Counted from the stretch's first letter, positions 30,423 through 41,647 are shown. The stretch: DNA of 64,000 nt from an uncultured delta proteobacterium (GCA_963840855.1 CAWJBB010000027.1:128001-192000), one strand, 5' to 3'. Notes: generated by a model not told the origin, from the sequence alone. Numbers and translations are program-made.

Positions 30423-30433
30423 GGCGGGCCGGC

Positions 30434-31606
30434 TCAACGGTAAAAATTGGTGAATTCCACGCCCCGGTCGCGAGCAGGGATAAACACGCGATGGGATGCT
30501 TCGGGCCGCGGCGATGAGAATCTTGCCAAACCCTCGGCGACCTCGCCGGCGCTGTTGACGCGAATCATCAGCGACCTCAACTCCGCAGCGCCGCGGAAGT
30601 TCTTGCAATACCAGGTCAGATGCTTGCGCATCGCGACGAAGTTCCGGTTCGCCGAGAGTTTTTCATAATACTGGCAGTGCTCGACGATCACGCGAAACCG
30701 CTCCGCTAAACTTACCGGCGCGAGGCCGAGGTCGAACGGGTCGTTGCCGGCGCGCGCGGTTTTAATCCGATGTTTGTTGGCAAAGACCCAAGGGTTGCCC
30801 TGCGCGGCGCGTCCGAGCAGTACCCCGTCGACGCCGGTTTCGCGCACACGCTTGCAAGCGTCGGCCAGATCTTGCACATCGCCGTTGCCGAGAATCAAGG
30901 TCTCCGACCCATTGGCGATCTCGACGGCGCGCGCGATCGCGTCCCAATCGGCGTTGCCTTTATAGCCCTGTTGGAGGGTGCGGCCATGGAGCGAAATGAC
31001 CGATGGCTTTTCTTCCAATAGAATCGGAATCCAGTCCTCGACGACGTTGCGATCGTAACCGAGGCGGGTCTTAACCGACACGGGAATCAGCCGCCTCTCC
31101 GGCCGCGGCGCAAAACCGGTTCTCAGACGATTAGCCGTTTCGACGCTGGCAATTACGCCGGCCTCGATGCCTGCGTCGCTTAGAGTCCGCCCCGCGAACC
31201 AGTCTTGGACGCCGCGCCGCGCGGCGCGAATGATTTGCTGCGCCAATTCCGGCGCGCGGATCAACGCGGCCCCGCAGCCGGACGCCGCGACTTTGCGCGA
31301 AGGGCAGCCCATGTTGATATCCAACCCGTCGAAGCCCAGTTCGCAGACGATATGGGCGACTTTGTAGAATAATTCGGGCGCGCGTCCGTAGATTTGCGCC
31401 ACAACGGGACGTTCAATTTCCGAGTAGGTGAGGTCCTTGATAAGCGTGTGCGGCGAGTAAAATGCTGACTGAATATTGACGAACTCCGTGAATACGACAT
31501 CCGGCCCGCCATGCTTTGCGGTAATAAAGCGAAATGAGCCGTCGGTTACCCCGTCCATCGGCGCGAGACCGATGATAGGTTTGGGAATTGCCCGCCAAAA
31601 ATTCAT
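30434..31606 (-). CDS. tRNA-dihydrouridine synthase family protein
   Basis: Motifs LAPMDGVTD, DINMGCP, VSVKTRLG, HGRT, GNGD, GRAAQGNPW and MRKH. Confidence 0.92.
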   Translation of the reverse strand: MNFWRAIPKPIIGLAPMDGVTDGSFRFITAKHGGPDVVFTEFVNIQSAFYSPHTLIKDLTYSEIERPVVAQIYGRAPELFYKVAHIVCELGFDGLDINMGCPSRKVAASGCGAALIRAPELAQQIIRAARRGVQDWFAGRTLSDAGIEAGVIASVETANRLRTGFAPRPERRLIPVSVKTRLGYDRNVVEDWIPILLEEKPSVISLHGRTLQQGYKGNADWDAIARAVEIANGSETLILGNGDVQDLADACKRVRETGVDGVLLGRAAQGNPWVFANKHRIKTARAGNDPFDLGLAPVSLAERFRVIVEHCQYYEKLSANRNFVAMRKHLTWYCKNFRGAAELRSLMIRVNSAGEVAEGLARFSSPRPEASHRVFIPARDRGVEFTNFYR

Positions 31607-31826
31607 GGTTCCGATCGTTATCCTAACATCGGCATAGCGGGCCGGCAAGCGGGGTAAATGCCAAGTTGGCGAAAACGGGCATCTTTTGTTAGGTGCCCGT
31701 TTTTTTTAGCCTTTTCGTTCGTTCCGTTCCACGGGCATTCGGGACATGTTGGCCATGTTGGCGGGCAAAATTGTTAACAGATTGTGAACAGGAATTCGAC
31801 TTCAAGTAAGGCTTGAAATTCATGTC

Positions 31827-31909
31827 GCCAACGGCTGTTCGTGGGGCTTTATTGCTACTGGCACAGATATGAATGTCTACCAAATCAAACCGATGGAGAA
31901 ATCAGTTCA
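31827..31909. repeat. ~80-bp dispersed repeat ending in the GGAGAAATCAGTTCA motif (second copy at 39121-39202)
   Basis: GCCAACGGCTG.TCGTGGGGCTTTATT.CTACTGGCACAGA.ATGAATG...CAAATCAAACCGATGGAGAAATCAGTTCA at both loci. Confidence 0.85.
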
Positions 31910-31912
31910 GAA

Positions 31913-31987
31913 GGTTAACACTGACGGTCAGCGGCGGGAAGGCGAGCAAGGCGAGCCTCCGGTCCGCTGCACTGCGGGGATTTAGAC
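31913..31987 (-). other. attC-like site
   Basis: GTCTAAA...imperfect palindrome...GTTAACC directly after the stop of 31990-32451. That cassette starts with the complementary TTAGAC. Confidence 0.65.
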
Positions 31988-31989
31988 GA

Positions 31990-32451
31990 CTACGGCTTGC
32001 TAGCAACGTCATTCCGGACGTTCCGAGCAACAGGCTCGTCGTTCCCTCGTCGAGCCTCGATTCTTCTGTCGTCACCCCATAGGTGACCAAGCGCAAATGT
32101 CATCGCCAGAAAGCAGAATATCCAGAGAATGACAGGCGCCGCCGCACCTCGAAACTTCACCCAAGGGATTTCGATCTCGATAGGCCCCGCAACGGTTTCG
32201 AGAAGCAGAACAATACAGAGCGCCGCTGCTGCCGACATGGGAACCCCAAGCGTCGCCGCGTAGTGCGTTTGCAGCACGGCGAGCATCCAGTTGTCCTCAG
32301 GCCTTCCGGGCCAAATGGTTTGGCTGATGACGAAGTAGAATCCATAGCCAGCGAGCCCGACCATGCCCAACAGGGCTATCGTTGTCGTGAGGGCTCTGAT
32401 TTTACGATTCAATATGGGAGTGCGGTTCTCGTTCTCAGAGCGAGCTTCCAT
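31990..32451 (-). CDS. Hypothetical membrane protein in a gene cassette
   Basis: Three hydrophobic segments. Flanked by attC-like sites. Confidence 0.7.
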   Translation of the reverse strand: MEARSENENRTPILNRKIRALTTTIALLGMVGLAGYGFYFVISQTIWPGRPEDNWMLAVLQTHYAATLGVPMSAAAALCIVLLLETVAGPIEIEIPWVKFRGAAAPVILWIFCFLAMTFALGHLWGDDRRIEARRGNDEPVARNVRNDVASKP

Positions 32452-32466
32452 GTTAGTTCTCGATGC

Positions 32467-32560
32467 GTCTAATGTATAGCGTTTTATCCCTAAACCTTAG
32501 AGGCAATCAAGTTGCGGAAAGAGTCTATCAGGTGCGACGGGGGGATAAAACGTGTTGGAC
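32467..32560 (-). other. attC-like site
   Basis: GTCCAAC-aCGTTTTATCCC...GGGATAAAACG-ctatac-ATTAGAC. A related half-site lies on the + strand at ~53006-53057. Confidence 0.55.
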
Positions 32561-32702
32561 TAAATTGCGTGCGCCAGGGTTTGAGAACTTGAAGGCGGCG
32601 GGATAACGATAGGCCCTAGTATTAGATTGACGATGTGCCAGAAAAAATTTGACAGGATTCGTTAGAAGGAGAAATCAGTTCAATCCTGGCATCGCCGCGT
32701 CG

Positions 32703-32866
32703 CTATTTGATCACCTTATCCGCTCTCGCCAGCACATTTGGTGGAATCGTCAGACCGATCTGCTTCGCGGTCTTCAGATTGATGATGAACTCAAACTTCG
32801 TCGGCTGCTCGACTGGCAGATCGGCGGGCTTGGTGCCCTTCAGAATCTTGTCGACATAAGTGGCAG
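32703..32866 (-). pseudogene. 3' remnant of an ABC substrate-binding protein gene (same family as 58821-59804)
   Basis: Translates as [51 protein letters not shown]. Confidence 0.85.
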
Positions 32867-32897
32867 TCCGCTGAAACGACGGGTTATACCCCTGCCA

Positions 32898-33371
32898 CTA
32901 CTTCTTCTCTGGCATCACGGAGGAGTGATGGCTGGTAATGAGCCACTTCGAACCATCCCAGCGATACGTATAGCTATAGCGGCCATTGACTACTGCGCCT
33001 GTCTTGGCGAACGTAAATGTGTAGAGGCCAGCATCAACGGCGGTGTTGCAGCCAATTTCTACGAAGCGCAGATCAATCTTTCCGGAGGGGCGATCCACTA
33101 GGAAATGATGAAAGTAATCTTCTTTTTCCGCCGGGGTCAAGCGTGGTTTGTTCGAAACGGTAGGCAACAGAATAGAGCGTTCCGCATAGTTGGCAACGAC
33201 CTTATGCGGATCGCCAGTCTGCAAGGACTGATTCCACCGGTCAAACAACGATGCGATCTCCTGTTCGGTGGTGACCTTGCAACTTTCCGTTCGTGTGGCC
33301 TGGGCCGCGTTGGAGGTAGATCCTGCAAGGACCGCGTAACCAGCAAGTGCAATCAAGGTGAGTGATTTCAT
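32898..33371 (-). CDS. SgcJ/EcaC / CaMKII-association-domain (NTF2-like) secreted protein
   Basis: Signal peptide, then IASLFDRWN..LLPTVSNKPR..DAGLYTF..RYSYTY..ITSHHSSVMPE. Confidence 0.85.
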   Translation of the reverse strand: MKSLTLIALAGYAVLAGSTSNAAQATRTESCKVTTEQEIASLFDRWNQSLQTGDPHKVVANYAERSILLPTVSNKPRLTPAEKEDYFHHFLVDRPSGKIDLRFVEIGCNTAVDAGLYTFTFAKTGAVVNGRYSYTYRWDGSKWLITSHHSSVMPEKK

Positions 33372-33660
33372 TGAAACGCTCCTTTCAGCGTTCAACGGGA
33401 AACATAGGGGGTATAACGATTACGTGACCCTCATTAGGCGGGTTCGAGTCCATCCGGGCGCTTCTTTGCTCAACGCGGCGAAATACCCTCTCTAAACCGT
33501 CCGCATCCAAGGTAGCAGAGAAAAGTGACATTTACGACAGAAGGCTAAAGGTATTCCGTCGAGTGGAAAAACCAGATTTTCAGCCTGAGATTGAACTGAA
33601 CGACGCAACAGTCGCGTCTTGTAAAGGATTAGGTCGTGGGAGAAATCAGTTCAATTAGGA

Positions 33661-33723
33661 GCTTAACACTAGCCTTCACCGGTGCGCATCTTTTTGCGCG
33701 TCCGGTGGAAGACTCCGTTCGGC
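33661..33723 (-). other. attC-like site
   Basis: GCCGAAC..TTCCACCGGACGCGC-loop-TGCGCACCGGTGAA..GTTAAGC. Confidence 0.65.
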
Positions 33724-33746
33724 AGTCATATGGCCCACGCTCTTCG

Positions 33747-33960
33747 TTACGACCGGGGAACACCGGAAACTACGCAAGACCTGCTCGAACTCGAAAGCGG
33801 TGCATCCTTGTGAACGGGCAGATGCGGTCTCTCGCCAGGTGCCCGCTTCAAGTAGGTCTTCAGCACAGGTGCACGCCGGTCCGCAGGAACTTCTTCAAGG
33901 CGCACCTCCTCGCGACGTCCGTGACGTAGAGTCACATTGCCACTCACCGCCTTCAAAATT
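33747..33960 (-). pseudogene. 3' fragment of a deazaflavin-dependent nitroreductase-like gene
   Basis: VTLRHGRREEVRLEEVP..RAPVLK.YL.RAPG.RPH. The 5' part is absent. Confidence 0.5.
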
Positions 33961-34296
33961 TTGCACCCAGTCCAACTTCGTTCCGAGCATGGACGCAAGT
34001 TAAATGGTAACCTTCAACGAGAGCAATGACGGGTGGTAGACTGATGAAGCGCCTGCGTCGCCGGCCTTACGCGGGCAAGCTGATCATGGCCGCGCCGATG
34101 GTAGGTGGATGATGGATCGAATTCCCGTATCTGCTCGCCCTTGTTTCCTTTCTCATCGACCATGAACGACAAAATCTCTTAGCTCGCAGGTCGGCCTTCT
34201 GGACGACAAATACAATCAGCGCCCCATCGCCGGCCCCGCACCTCACTTCTGTTGGCTCCTATCAAAGCACCTAAAGTTCGAGAAAAACGGAAGAAG

Positions 34297-36168
34297 TCAA
34301 GATTCCTCGAATGATGTTCGTGAGTGTTCAATTAGAAACCCGACCTTTTCAACAAGGTCATCGACCAAATATGGTTTGTAAATGCAGTCCTTCACGCCGG
34401 CCTGGAAGAGTTCTGATTTCACTTGCGGCTCTAGATAACCGGTTGTGATGATAATCCTTATCACCGGGTTTTGCTCCTTCAGTTCATGAATCACGTCAAA
34501 GCCGGTAATTTTGGGCAAGCCGAGATCGAGCACCACGATATCAATCTCTTCTTTATGATGGTGATAAAGATCTATCGCTTCTTCGCCGTCCATAGCAGTC
34601 AGGGTTTGGTAGCCCGCTTTCGACAAGACCTCTCTCAAAAGGCGAACCAGCGCCTCTTCGTCTTCGACCACGAGAACGGTTCCTCGACCACTAGCGTATT
34701 TTCGACTGGCGCCTTCCCTTTTCACTATCTCATCAACCGACGATTTTCCTTCCGCCCGAAGCACCGGCAAATAGAGCCGAAACGTGGTGCCGCCTCCAGG
34801 CTTACTTTCCACTTCGATGAAACCCTTATGCTCTTTGACGATGCCGTAGACGATTGCGAGTCCCAGCCCCGTCCCTTCACCGATTCCTTTAGTAGTGAAG
34901 AACGGCTCAAAAATCCGCTCCCGGACTTCTTCTTTCATTCCCATCCCGGTATCGCTGATCACAATTGAGACATACGACTCCGTGCCGGCTTCGAGGCGGT
35001 GCTCCCGCGCTTTGTTTTCGTCGATCCTTTCCGTTCTGATTGTGAGTTTCCCGCCTGCCAGCATGGCGTCGCGCGCATTGACGCAAATATTGAGCAGCGC
35101 TTGGCTCAATTGATTTGAATCCGCCATTACCGACGGCAGCCCAGGGTCAAGATCCAATGCGACGTCAATAATTTTGGGAAACGATTGTTTGATCAGTTCG
35201 CTGATCGTCAAAACGAAGTCGTTGGCATCGATGGGAGCTAACTGCGCTTTCGTCCTGCGCGCCACGGTCAAAAGTTGCCGCACCATGGACGCGCCCCGTT
35301 TGACTTGTTGGTCGATGGTTTTCAAACTTTTGTCAATCTCCTGCTCGGTTAACAGTTCCTCGCCGATGAGGTTAGCGTAACCTTGGATAATATTGAGAAT
35401 ATTGTTGAACTCATGCGCGATGCCGCCGGCCAGCGTCCCGATGCTTTCCATTTTTTGCGCGTGGCGGAGCTGCTCTTCGAGTTTTTTTTGCTCCTCGATG
35501 GTTCTTAATAGAGCCGCGTTGGCTTGATTGAGATCGGCCGTGCGTTCCTGAACTCGCCTTTCAAGCTCTTCGTTGGCTTTGACTAACTCGTTTTTTGCTT
35601 GACGCACGAGTTCATCCGCCAGTTTGCGCTGCGTAATTTCCTGCTGCATCTTTTCGTACAGCCGGGCATTTTCAAGAGAGATCGCCGCCTGCGCCGCTAG
35701 CGCTTTCAGAATCTCTTCATCTGCTTTGCTGAAGGCGCCGGTCTCTTTGTTCAATACCTCGAACGTTCCGATGATCTCTCCGTTGTTTGTTCGCAGTGGG
35801 ACGGCGAGCAGGCTCTGCGTGCGGTACCCGGAAAGTAGATCAATCTCCTTATAGAACCGCGGATCTTGATAGACGTTCTCGACATTAATCGTCTGTCCGG
35901 TAAGTGCCACGGCTCCTGCAATACCTAAGCGAGCATCAAAACGAATCTCCTCACTGCCAAGCACAACCTTTGACCAAAGCTCCCCCCGTTCCCGATCGAG
36001 CAGAAAAAGGCTTGCCCGGTCCGCCCCCATTAGCTTAGTCGCTTCGTTGGCGATCAAGTCCAAGAGCGCCACGAGGTTCCTTTCCGAACTCATTCGCTGG
36101 CAGATTTTCAGAAGCTGTTCTGCGAGGTGGTTTTGGTCCTTGAACGAAGCTTGGTTGATTGGAGTCAT
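34297..36168 (-). CDS. Hybrid sensor histidine kinase (GAF-HisKA-HATPase-REC)
   Basis: GAF domain, H box [36 protein letters not shown], and receiver VVEDE..LDLGLP. Confidence 0.95.
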   Translation of the reverse strand: MTPINQASFKDQNHLAEQLLKICQRMSSERNLVALLDLIANEATKLMGADRASLFLLDRERGELWSKVVLGSEEIRFDARLGIAGAVALTGQTINVENVYQDPRFYKEIDLLSGYRTQSLLAVPLRTNNGEIIGTFEVLNKETGAFSKADEEILKALAAQAAISLENARLYEKMQQEITQRKLADELVRQAKNELVKANEELERRVQERTADLNQANAALLRTIEEQKKLEEQLRHAQKMESIGTLAGGIAHEFNNILNIIQGYANLIGEELLTEQEIDKSLKTIDQQVKRGASMVRQLLTVARRTKAQLAPIDANDFVLTISELIKQSFPKIIDVALDLDPGLPSVMADSNQLSQALLNICVNARDAMLAGGKLTIRTERIDENKAREHRLEAGTESYVSIVISDTGMGMKEEVRERIFEPFFTTKGIGEGTGLGLAIVYGIVKEHKGFIEVESKPGGGTTFRLYLPVLRAEGKSSVDEIVKREGASRKYASGRGTVLVVEDEEALVRLLREVLSKAGYQTLTAMDGEEAIDLYHHHKEEIDIVVLDLGLPKITGFDVIHELKEQNPVIRIIITTGYLEPQVKSELFQAGVKDCIYKPYLVDDLVEKVGFLIEHSRTSFEES

Positions 36169-36283
36169 CGCTTTCGCCTGAAACTAGCGCGATGCCATCA
36201 TCTTAGTTGCAGTATGTTGCAACAAGACTCCTTAAGCAAGGCCAGAATTCAGCGGAGTTTTAAGGGAGATAGAAAGTTAACCC

Positions 36284-36520
36284 TCAGCGGTCACCCAAAA
36301 CCGGCCAATGAAGGTCATCTGAAAACCGGCCAACGATAACGACGCCCGAGACATTGACTGCGACGAGACGCCTACTAGGCTTCGTCGCCATGAGCAATGT
36401 CTTGAGCGAAGAAAAAAAACAACAAGTTATAGCACTAGGGCGGCTGGGCTGGACGCTTCGGCGCATTGAGCAGGCCACCGGTGTGCGTCGAGAAACCGCA
36501 GGCGCTTATCTCAAAGCCGG
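36284..36520 (+). mobile_element. IS21-family left end and istA 5' fragment
   Basis: Tandem GGTCA..AAAACCGGCCAA repeats followed by MSNVLSEEKKQQVIALGRLGWTLRRIEQATGVRRETAGAYLK. Truncated. Confidence 0.75.
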
Positions 36521-36582
36521 TTTTGTGCCATTGACAACCGGGGGCCTCATAAGTGGTTAGGCGGCGACATCTTTAAAAGTTC

Positions 36583-36963
36583 TTAGCACGAGCCTGAAGC
36601 CTGCTTGAGGAGCGCCGCAAAGGCTCGCTCGTCAATTCTAGAAGCGTCACGGACTTTGGTGTGCCGCACGAACTTCCCCTCGCCTTCCAGTAAACCTCTC
36701 GGGTCCTTTAGGGATGATCCGTTAAAAAAACCAAACTGCACATATCCCGTTGCAGAGTAGACGTAAGCCACTGGCCCGTTATTCCCGATCCAACACCCGT
36801 TTCCCCATTTCACGGATTGCTTTAGCTTCGGCTCAACACGTTTCACAAAACGCCGAAGTGCGCCAATAATCGCCTGGTTTTTGGGATTCTGATCCTTCAA
36901 GTAATCGTTAAAGCTCGCATATGTCTTCATTTTTCCCATAACAAGGTCCTCAAACTCTGGCAC
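36583..36963 (-). CDS. DUF1801 (YdhG-like) protein in a gene cassette
   Basis: VKWG...VQFGFFNGSSLKDP.GLLEGEGK..RH.K. The cassette starts with TTAGGCGG and ends with CCGCCTAAC. Confidence 0.8.
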   Translation of the reverse strand: MPEFEDLVMGKMKTYASFNDYLKDQNPKNQAIIGALRRFVKRVEPKLKQSVKWGNGCWIGNNGPVAYVYSATGYVQFGFFNGSSLKDPRGLLEGEGKFVRHTKVRDASRIDERAFAALLKQASGSC

Positions 36964-36968
36964 GGACC

Positions 36969-37060
36969 GCCTAATGACCCAAGCTCACCGACGCCGCCTC
37001 AAGACGGCTCGATTGTAACCAAAGCGCGATGGCGGCGTTCGGTGCAGCGCCTTGTTAGGT
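36969..37060 (-). other. attC site
   Basis: ACCTAACAAGGCGCTGCACCGAACGCCGCC...GGCGGCGTCGGTGAGCTTGGGTCATTAGGC has classical R''-L''..L'-R' architecture with extrahelical bases. Confidence 0.85.
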
Positions 37061-37149
37061 GCACCTGGAACCGTCTCAAACTCGCTTTCACTCCAGTCTA
37101 TGACTCTAAATATGATGAACGCCATATCGCTGTATATGGAGTGACCGCT

Positions 37150-37404
37150 CTACAAAAAATTGGAAATCAATTGAAACAAAAAACTCAAAATCAACAAAAA
37201 CAATCCAATGCGTGATCGAAAATCAAATTTTTTAGCTAAGGCAACCTCATCATGATTTATCTGTTCTGTAATAAGATGCTCATGCCCCTCGCGATCAATC
37301 GAAGCCGGTAAACCAAATCTCCAAATCAAATACGAACCCAAAATGCCCAAGAACAGACCAAGACTATTAACGATGATTTTTATATGAGTGAAAATGTAAT
37401 CCAT
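37150..37404 (-). CDS. Small AT-rich membrane protein in a gene cassette
   Basis: Two hydrophobic helices. Visibly AT-rich. Lies upstream of attC 36969. Confidence 0.65.
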   Translation of the reverse strand: MDYIFTHIKIIVNSLGLFLGILGSYLIWRFGLPASIDREGHEHLITEQINHDEVALAKKFDFRSRIGLFLLILSFLFQLISNFL

Positions 37405-38080
37405 AATGACAAGGAGTGGCGAGGGGCTGATGCACCTATTAAGTGAGCCGCATTAGGCGGCGGAAAATGCTGGTCGGCCTATCTCCTAACACGGGTCCAA
37501 CAATCAAATTCAAATCGGTTGCAAATATCCTCCACTTGCCTCGACCTGTCAACATTACTTGGATCGACAAACGCTGCGAACTACCGCGGCCTATCCCACT
37601 AACGATTCGCGGCCTATCTCCGTCCCAGAGCACTGCAAAAAGCCTGAGATTGAATTGAACGACGCATCCGGACAAATCGTACAGGATTGGTTCGATGGAG
37701 AAATCAGTTCAATCCTGGCATCGCCGCTTGGTTACTTGATCACCCGATCAGCAGCGCCCCCTCTTTCATACGCCGCCCGAGCCGGCCGAAGCAACATCGG
37801 GATTTTCATCAAACAGAAAGACGATTGACATCCTACCGGTCCGGCGATATTGCTCAGGCCAGAAAAAAAGGTGGTTTAAAATTCCTATACATACAGAAGT
37901 CTCGGTCTTGCAATGGACTTTTAGTAGCTCCTTCGTTGACGACTGAACGCGGACTCATCGAACAGCAGACAGCCCATGTCTAATGACCCTTTGTGATCGA
38001 TGCGTAAGTAACACCTATGAGAGGGTTGGATGCCTGACTAAGAAATATGGGAAGCTTGGTGAACTGCGAAGAGTCGGCAT

Positions 38081-38779
38081 TCAAGAAGTAGAGGGAGATT
38101 TTATGCCTGTCGCAAGTATCAAGTCAGTTGGACTTAAACGCTCTAAAAGCACTAACTGAAATGTGACAGTTGATGCTTCCATTCCTTTAAGTCGCGGCGA
38201 ATAGGTTACCGGCTTTCCCACGTAAGATGGTAACCGCATCTGTATGGGCTTATCATCGAGAATTTGTCCATCGCTTTGTTTGATGGTCGATCGAACCACT
38301 AAAAAGTCCGCTTTTATTCCTTCAACGGTGTAGGTAATCGCATATACCTTTTGTCCTTTAGAACCTTTGTATGGGACCCACAAAGTCGTCGGGCTAGATA
38401 TTAAACCGGCTGTATTGGTACGGACTATCGCGACATTTGACGTTCCAAGAATTTTCTCCGCCTTAGCTCTAAATTCTCTAACTACGTAATTGTCGATCGC
38501 CTCCAGTTTTGCTTCGAGCGCCGTTACTCGATTTCCAAGTCTATTAAATTCTGCGGTGATATTACCTACGTTTGTCTTTAATTCATCGAACTGCGGCTTT
38601 AGGCTTTGGTTCACCGCCGTGACAAATTCATTTTGGGAAACTTCGTGCCGTAAACCAAACGCCGACGGAAGAAGGTAGAATATCAAGCCCGTCGCTAGAG
38701 CTCCGGCAATTCCACCTACTACTGCACCCACCACCGGAGGCAGAATCTTCTCCAAGTATGGATCTTTCGTCTTTGCCAT
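38081..38779 (-). CDS. Hypothetical membrane-anchored coiled-coil protein
   Basis: 232-aa ORF with an N-terminal TM helix followed by a heptad-like segment. Confidence 0.65.
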   Translation of the reverse strand: MAKTKDPYLEKILPPVVGAVVGGIAGALATGLIFYLLPSAFGLRHEVSQNEFVTAVNQSLKPQFDELKTNVGNITAEFNRLGNRVTALEAKLEAIDNYVVREFRAKAEKILGTSNVAIVRTNTAGLISSPTTLWVPYKGSKGQKVYAITYTVEGIKADFLVVRSTIKQSDGQILDDKPIQMRLPSYVGKPVTYSPRLKGMEASTVTFQLVLLERLSPTDLILATGIKSPSTS

Positions 38780-39607
38780 GGCTTTGATCGGCTCACTTGA
38801 TCAAGGGAAATCACTGTGCCTCATATCAAAATGTGCCTCGGAAAGCCAACTTTATTGGGGTTTAACGTTGCGGTCGGACCAGGCTAAGCCTCGGTTGTTT
38901 CAAGATTTGTTTGCCAGGGAGCGGTGTTATTTGGCCCTAGAGCCTCGTTTTCCTATCGAAATGGTCGCCATAAGGCGGCGCCGGCTTCCGTTGTTTTGAC
39001 TCTCGGCATGTTGCGGTTGCAGTCTAGAGGAGCCTGAGGTGAATTGCGAATCCATAAACGCTCGATAGCGAGCAATGCAGAAGAATACCGGCGCGAACAA
39101 AAACAAACCCAATTCATGCCGCCAACGGCTGGTCGTGGGGCTTTATTCCTACTGGCACAGACATGAATGCTATCAAATCAAACCGATGGAGAAATCAGTT
39201 CAATCCTCGCATCGCCGCGTGGTTACTTGATCAGCCGAGTGGCTCGGTGCGAGCACCTCCGGCGGGATCGTCACGCCGATTTGCTTCGCTGGTTTCCGAT
39301 TGATATCAGTTTAGTCGGCTGCTCGTTGACAGTCACTTCGCACAGTGGTATTCGGATGCTGTCGAGGGATCACAGCCCTATCCATCCTTGATAGACTTTC
39401 CAGCTAGGACAGAGCTTCATCATCTCCGATAGAGCCAGCTTAGGGTAGTGGTCTTTGAGATAAACGAAGTGTGTTCCTCGGGCAAAGATAAGTGAGTCAT
39501 CAAAGCCAGTCGCTTTTGCGGTTGTGCCGCAAGAGTGTACTGGCTTTTGTTTTTCAGACGCGAACCTATCAGATGTAGGACTTTTATAGGCATAGGAAGG
39601 AGGCTTT

Positions 39608-40045
39608 ATGTTTATTGAGACTTATTATGATGACAGGGCTGCGGTTCCCGGCAGCACAAGTGAGCCGATGATTCCCTATCCTGAAATGTCGGGGGAGAAG
39701 CTGACGGTGTGGCAAGAATACTTGCCGATCAAGAGAGAGATAAGAAATCCCTACTCACCGTTCCATACTATTCCTGACCCTGCGATTGCAGAGATAAAAA
39801 AGGCAACACGTTCATTTGAGCGTATAGAGATCTGGAGCCGCGCACGCGACCCCATGGCCGTCGGAATCATCGGAGAAGAGAAACCGCGCTACTTTTCTAT
39901 CGTGCGCTGGGGGGATGCGGAACTCACGCTAGCGCAGGTAAAAAGAAGACTGTGGATCGAGAAATGGCTGCTCCGGCTGACTGCGATAGGGGGTATTTTG
40001 GGGTTTCTCGTTGTGATGTTGGCTGCCAGGGCCTATGGTGGGTAG
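39608..40045 (+). CDS. Hypothetical protein with C-terminal TM helix
   Basis: RBS AGGAGG. 145 aa. Confidence 0.65.
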   Translation: MFIETYYDDRAAVPGSTSEPMIPYPEMSGEKLTVWQEYLPIKREIRNPYSPFHTIPDPAIAEIKKATRSFERIEIWSRARDPMAVGIIGEEKPRYFSIVRWGDAELTLAQVKRRLWIEKWLLRLTAIGGILGFLVVMLAARAYGG

Positions 40046-40139
40046 AGGTTCTCTTCTGTCCTCTGCTCCTCTTAGACGCAACTTATTCGGCGGGGTTCTT
40101 TTGCAACCTAATCGTGGGTAGTTTCGACTTGGCAGAAAG

Positions 40140-40576
40140 GTGGATTTTCCACTACCACCTAGGCGGATCCTCGCTGCAGAGAACTGGCGCGCCCACCCCA
40201 GTTAAAAGAAGACAAACGTGTGCGGGACCAAGGTTGGGATCTCGTCGGCGCCTACCAGGGCGGCTGGCAGATTCTCGTGATCCGTGGTACGGCCAGCTAT
40301 GATGGTATGTGCCGGCCGCGCCAGTATCAGGATTTCGTATTCGTGCGCGGTGCCTTCGCCGGCACGCTCTCCCCAGAAGCGACGGATAGCCGGACCGATG
40401 GTGCCCTGAGCCAAGTGTTTCTTGAGGGCAATGATCGGTTGACAGCCGAGTACGTGCGCTATAGTGACAAGGATGCGGCATGCTGCCCGGCGAGCACGAC
40501 GAGCGTCGTATTCGACGTCGCCCGTGACGGGCCGGTCCTGCGGGCCATGTCCGCGACCACTTCGCCTAATAGGTGA
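40140..40576 (+). pseudogene. LppP/LprE-like lipoprotein fragment
   Basis: YDGMCRPRQYQDFVF..FAGTLSP..SRTDG..AEYVRY...DAACCP. No clear start. Confidence 0.45.
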
Positions 40577-41102
40577 TGCCGGGGCAGCCACCGGCTACCT
40601 CGAAGCCGTACCGGGTCAGATGCGTTGGACTGAACCCGCCATCGAGCGCCCGCTTTGACGGATCGTTCCGGTGTCGCCTTCCTTTGTGAGGATCTCTATC
40701 GAATCCAAATTTTCCTTTCATCAAGCGGAGTGAATCAAATGGAAAACAAGATAAAAACCTAAAGCCGAATAGACTAGCGCTACGAAGGTCAAGCCCCGAA
40801 GCGGCACCATCGGTCGGTAACGACCTATGTTCTTGTTTGTGTTTTCGGGTGCTAAGCGCGTGAAAGAATACGCGCCACGGGATCAATGGTGCCGGCATCG
40901 AAGAAGTCCCCCGATAACACGTAAAGCTAATAGCGTGCCGTGCCGATTTGACTTGTATTGGCGAACCGTGTTCCCGAAATCACGCTTTTGCCGGGTGCTT
41001 AACGGAGGTCACTTCGGGCGCGAATTAACGAACGGGTGTTTTGGCCCTGTCAGAACTGACCGCAAAGGTGCCACCTCTGCTCGCAAATTGCGTCGAATTT
41101 TT

Positions 41103-41399
41103 ATGGCTTACACGAGACAGCGAAACCAAGCCAGACTGAGCGGTGACGGCGTTCAGTTTGTGCGCTGCCGCATTTGCCGCAGCCACCTTCGCGTAATAAG
41201 TGGCCGGCACCTTTCCAAGCATGACACCGACCGCAACACGTACATGGAGGAATACCGTCTCAGCCCAGACGAACTGAGCGCGAAGGACTTCCGCATGATA
41301 ATGAGTTCGCGCAAGGGGTATCACCCATACGGCAAGCGCGACTGGGTCGATGCAATCAGGAAGCTTTACAAACGAAATAACAGGATCTTTGCCTTATAA
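41103..41399 (+). CDS. Zinc-finger (MucR/Ros-like) protein, probably truncated
   Basis: CRIC..LRVISGRHLSKH..TYMEEY. Confidence 0.45.
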   Translation: MAYTRQRNQARLSGDGVQFVRCRICRSHLRVISGRHLSKHDTDRNTYMEEYRLSPDELSAKDFRMIMSSRKGYHPYGKRDWVDAIRKLYKRNNRIFAL

Positions 41400-41647
41400 G
41401 CGCCGCTGAAGCTTATTTTGGAAGCTGGGGTAAGACGTTGTATGCGGCCGGGATCGATCCCAATTTGTATTTTGTGCATCATACCTGGCGGAAAACCGGG
41501 ACTGAGGACGATCGGCCCGCGGAAAGACTATCGGGAAATGGTCATCAATAAAAGGGAATGACGTATTTTGCGATGGCGATGAATTCGGATTGTTTAGAAG
41601 GAGAATTCAGTTCAATCCTGGCATCGCAGCTTGTTTTTCTGCCGTCA

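Noticed and set aside
33425-33465. tRNA gene (GGGTTCGAGTCC T-loop-like)
   Set aside because: No D arm, anticodon arm or acceptor stem/CCA could be assembled.
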